This document shows, piece by piece, positions 62,598 through 64,000 of a stretch of DNA of 64,000 nt. The notes under the pieces are model-generated. The model ran no database searches. It was not told the origin of the DNA and saw only the letters and a list, made by a program, of their open reading frames with translations. Every line of letters begins with the position of its first letter. The first letter of the stretch is position 1. The translations under genes and the position numbers were made by a program. The DNA lies in the IMG/VR virus record IMGVR_UViG_2595698869_000001, positions 43,214 to 107,213 of that record. The stretch is one strand, 5' to 3'. The stretch is from a virus. Taxonomy: Duplodnaviria; Heunggongvirae; Uroviricota; Caudoviricetes.

Positions 62598-64000
62598 GTG
62601 TCCATGACCTTTGCGATGTTGTCCTCCTTCTCCTTGGCGGCCTGGGCGATGCGTGCGTCGAGCGAGCCGTTCGCCACCAGGAAGAAGCACATGATTTTCT
62701 CGGCTGTCTGCCCGATCCGGCAGGCGCGGTCCTCGGCCTGCTCGATCAGAGTCGGCGTCCAGTCCCCCTCGGCGAACGCCACGTCGTGCGCCCGCGTCAT
62801 GGTGAAGCCTACACCGGCGGCCTGGAGGTTGCAAACGATGACCCGGCAGGTCTCGTCGTCCTGGAACTTGTCGACCTGAAGCTGGCGCTTGTTGACGGGG
62901 GTCCCGCCATAGATCATCGCCGGATTGTAGTCCGCCAACGCCTCGGCGAGCGCCCTGACGACGTCGGAGTGGTAGGCGAACAGGATCAGCTTGTCGCCGC
63001 CGTCGAGGAAGTTCTTGACCCAGGGGATGATCGCCGGGAGCTTGGCCATCCCCAGTTCGCGGCGGACGGCGGCGATCTCCTCGAAGAGCACCGCCACGGC
63101 CGGCGGCGCGAGCCCCAGAACGGCGGCGGCGTAGTCGAGATTGAGCGCCCGCGAGTTGGGCTTGTCGGGATCGCCGTCCTGTCCCACCGCCTTGTCGAAG
63201 CCGTAGCGCTGGGCCGTCTCCAGGATCGACAAACCCAGGCGGATGTCGCGCTGGTCCTCGGTCTCGTTCTCGCCGGCCAGCACCGTGGCCTCGTAGAGCT
63301 TCAGCGCCTGGGAAAGCTCGTCCTCGCGCGCCACGACCTCGCGGATTTCCGGGCTGTCGAGGAGGACGATCTGGCGGAACTTCGGCGGAAGCTCGGGTAG
63401 CACCTCGCGCTTGTTCCGCCGCACCATGAAGGTCGAGCGCAGCCGATAGCCCAGTTCCTCCAGGTTGGAGGCCCCGGTGAAATTGTAGGCGCCGTGCTTG
63501 CCACGCGTGTTGTCGAACCAGCCGTCGCAGTAGCGGTAGCCGAAGTCGTTGTAGCTCTTCCCCAGGCCGTCGGGATCGAAGGCCTTGACGATCGACCACA
63601 TCTCGATCGGGCGGTTCATCATCGGCGTGCCCGACAGGAACACGCGGCGCTTGGCGTCGACCGGGTTGAACCAGATGTCGGCCAGCACCGGCTCGCGGTT
63701 CTCGGCCTCGGCCTTCTTGATCTCGGCGGCGTTGGCTTCCTTGCGCTTCTTGCGCACCGCCGCCTTCGAGCGCGCATCCATCTGCTCGCCGCCGAGGATG
63801 AAGATCGTGCGCCCGCTGTCGGGGGTCTTGATCGCGTGACATTCGTCGCAGACCAGGAGGTCCCACGGCTGCTCGTGGATTTCCTTGGAGAAGCGTTCCA
63901 GGATGTCGTAGTTGATGATCACGACATCGGTCTTGGGCCACCAGCGCGGGTGGACGACCTTCTTGAAACGCGGCTTGCCGTTCTTGTAGAAGCCGTCGCG
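62594..64000 (-). CDS. SNF2-family helicase, 5'-truncated by window edge
   Basis: Frame open to 64000; CDECH, LSGTPMMNRP, LFAYH, GVGFTMT, QAEDRACRIGQ. Confidence 0.9.
   Translation of the reverse strand, partial: RDGFYKNGKPRFKKVVHPRWWPKTDVVIINYDILERFSKEIHEQPWDLLVCDECHAIKTPDSGRTIFILGGEQMDARSKAAVRKKRKEANAAEIKKAEAENREPVLADIWFNPVDAKRRVFLSGTPMMNRPIEMWSIVKAFDPDGLGKSYNDFGYRYCDGWFDNTRGKHGAYNFTGASNLEELGYRLRSTFMVRRNKREVLPELPPKFRQIVLLDSPEIREVVAREDELSQALKLYEATVLAGENETEDQRDIRLGLSILETAQRYGFDKAVGQDGDPDKPNSRALNLDYAAAVLGLAPPAVAVLFEEIAAVRRELGMAKLPAIIPWVKNFLDGGDKLILFAYHSDVVRALAEALADYNPAMIYGGTPVNKRQLQVDKFQDDETCRVIVCNLQAAGVGFTMTRAHDVAFAEGDWTPTLIEQAEDRACRIGQTAEKIMCFFLVANGSLDARIAQAAKEKEDNIAKVMDT

Overview
This 64 kb window looks like part of a large GC-rich siphophage genome of the Caulobacter phiCbK-like group. 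That assignment is inferred from gene order and protein families, not from a database search. The left edge holds three related virion (fibre/head-filament candidate) genes. These are followed by a 31-member tRNA array (4.7-9.5 kb) with interspersed mini-ORFs and small RNA units. The + strand continues with PhoH, neck genes, tail tube, a frameshifted tail chaperone, a 1957-aa tape measure, a GTA-like tail tip, fibres and the lysis cassette (to about 37.4 kb). A converging - strand nucleotide-metabolism/replication module follows: XRE regulator, dUTPase, NrdB-glutaredoxin fusion, intein-containing NrdA, ThyX, dNMP kinase, RecD-like helicase, SSB-like protein, Cas4-like nuclease, DnaQ-like exonuclease, family A polymerase, two DNA methyltransferases, HNH, phosphoesterase and a partial SNF2 helicase. 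The most striking region is a ~3 kb protein-free RNA island at 58.6-61.7 kb. It contains an unassigned ~630-nt structured RNA, tRNA-Cys, a 6S-like rod, a ~870-nt GOLLD-like RNA with an embedded tRNA-Lys body, a two-piece tmRNA, tRNA-fMet, C4-like modules, a circularly permuted (YrlA-like) tRNA mimic and tRNA-Met. A recurrent promoter motif GTCGTGAATCTTGAC, carrying a GANTC site against the -35 box, occurs 11 times. All RNA-family names are pattern-based and need covariance-model confirmation.
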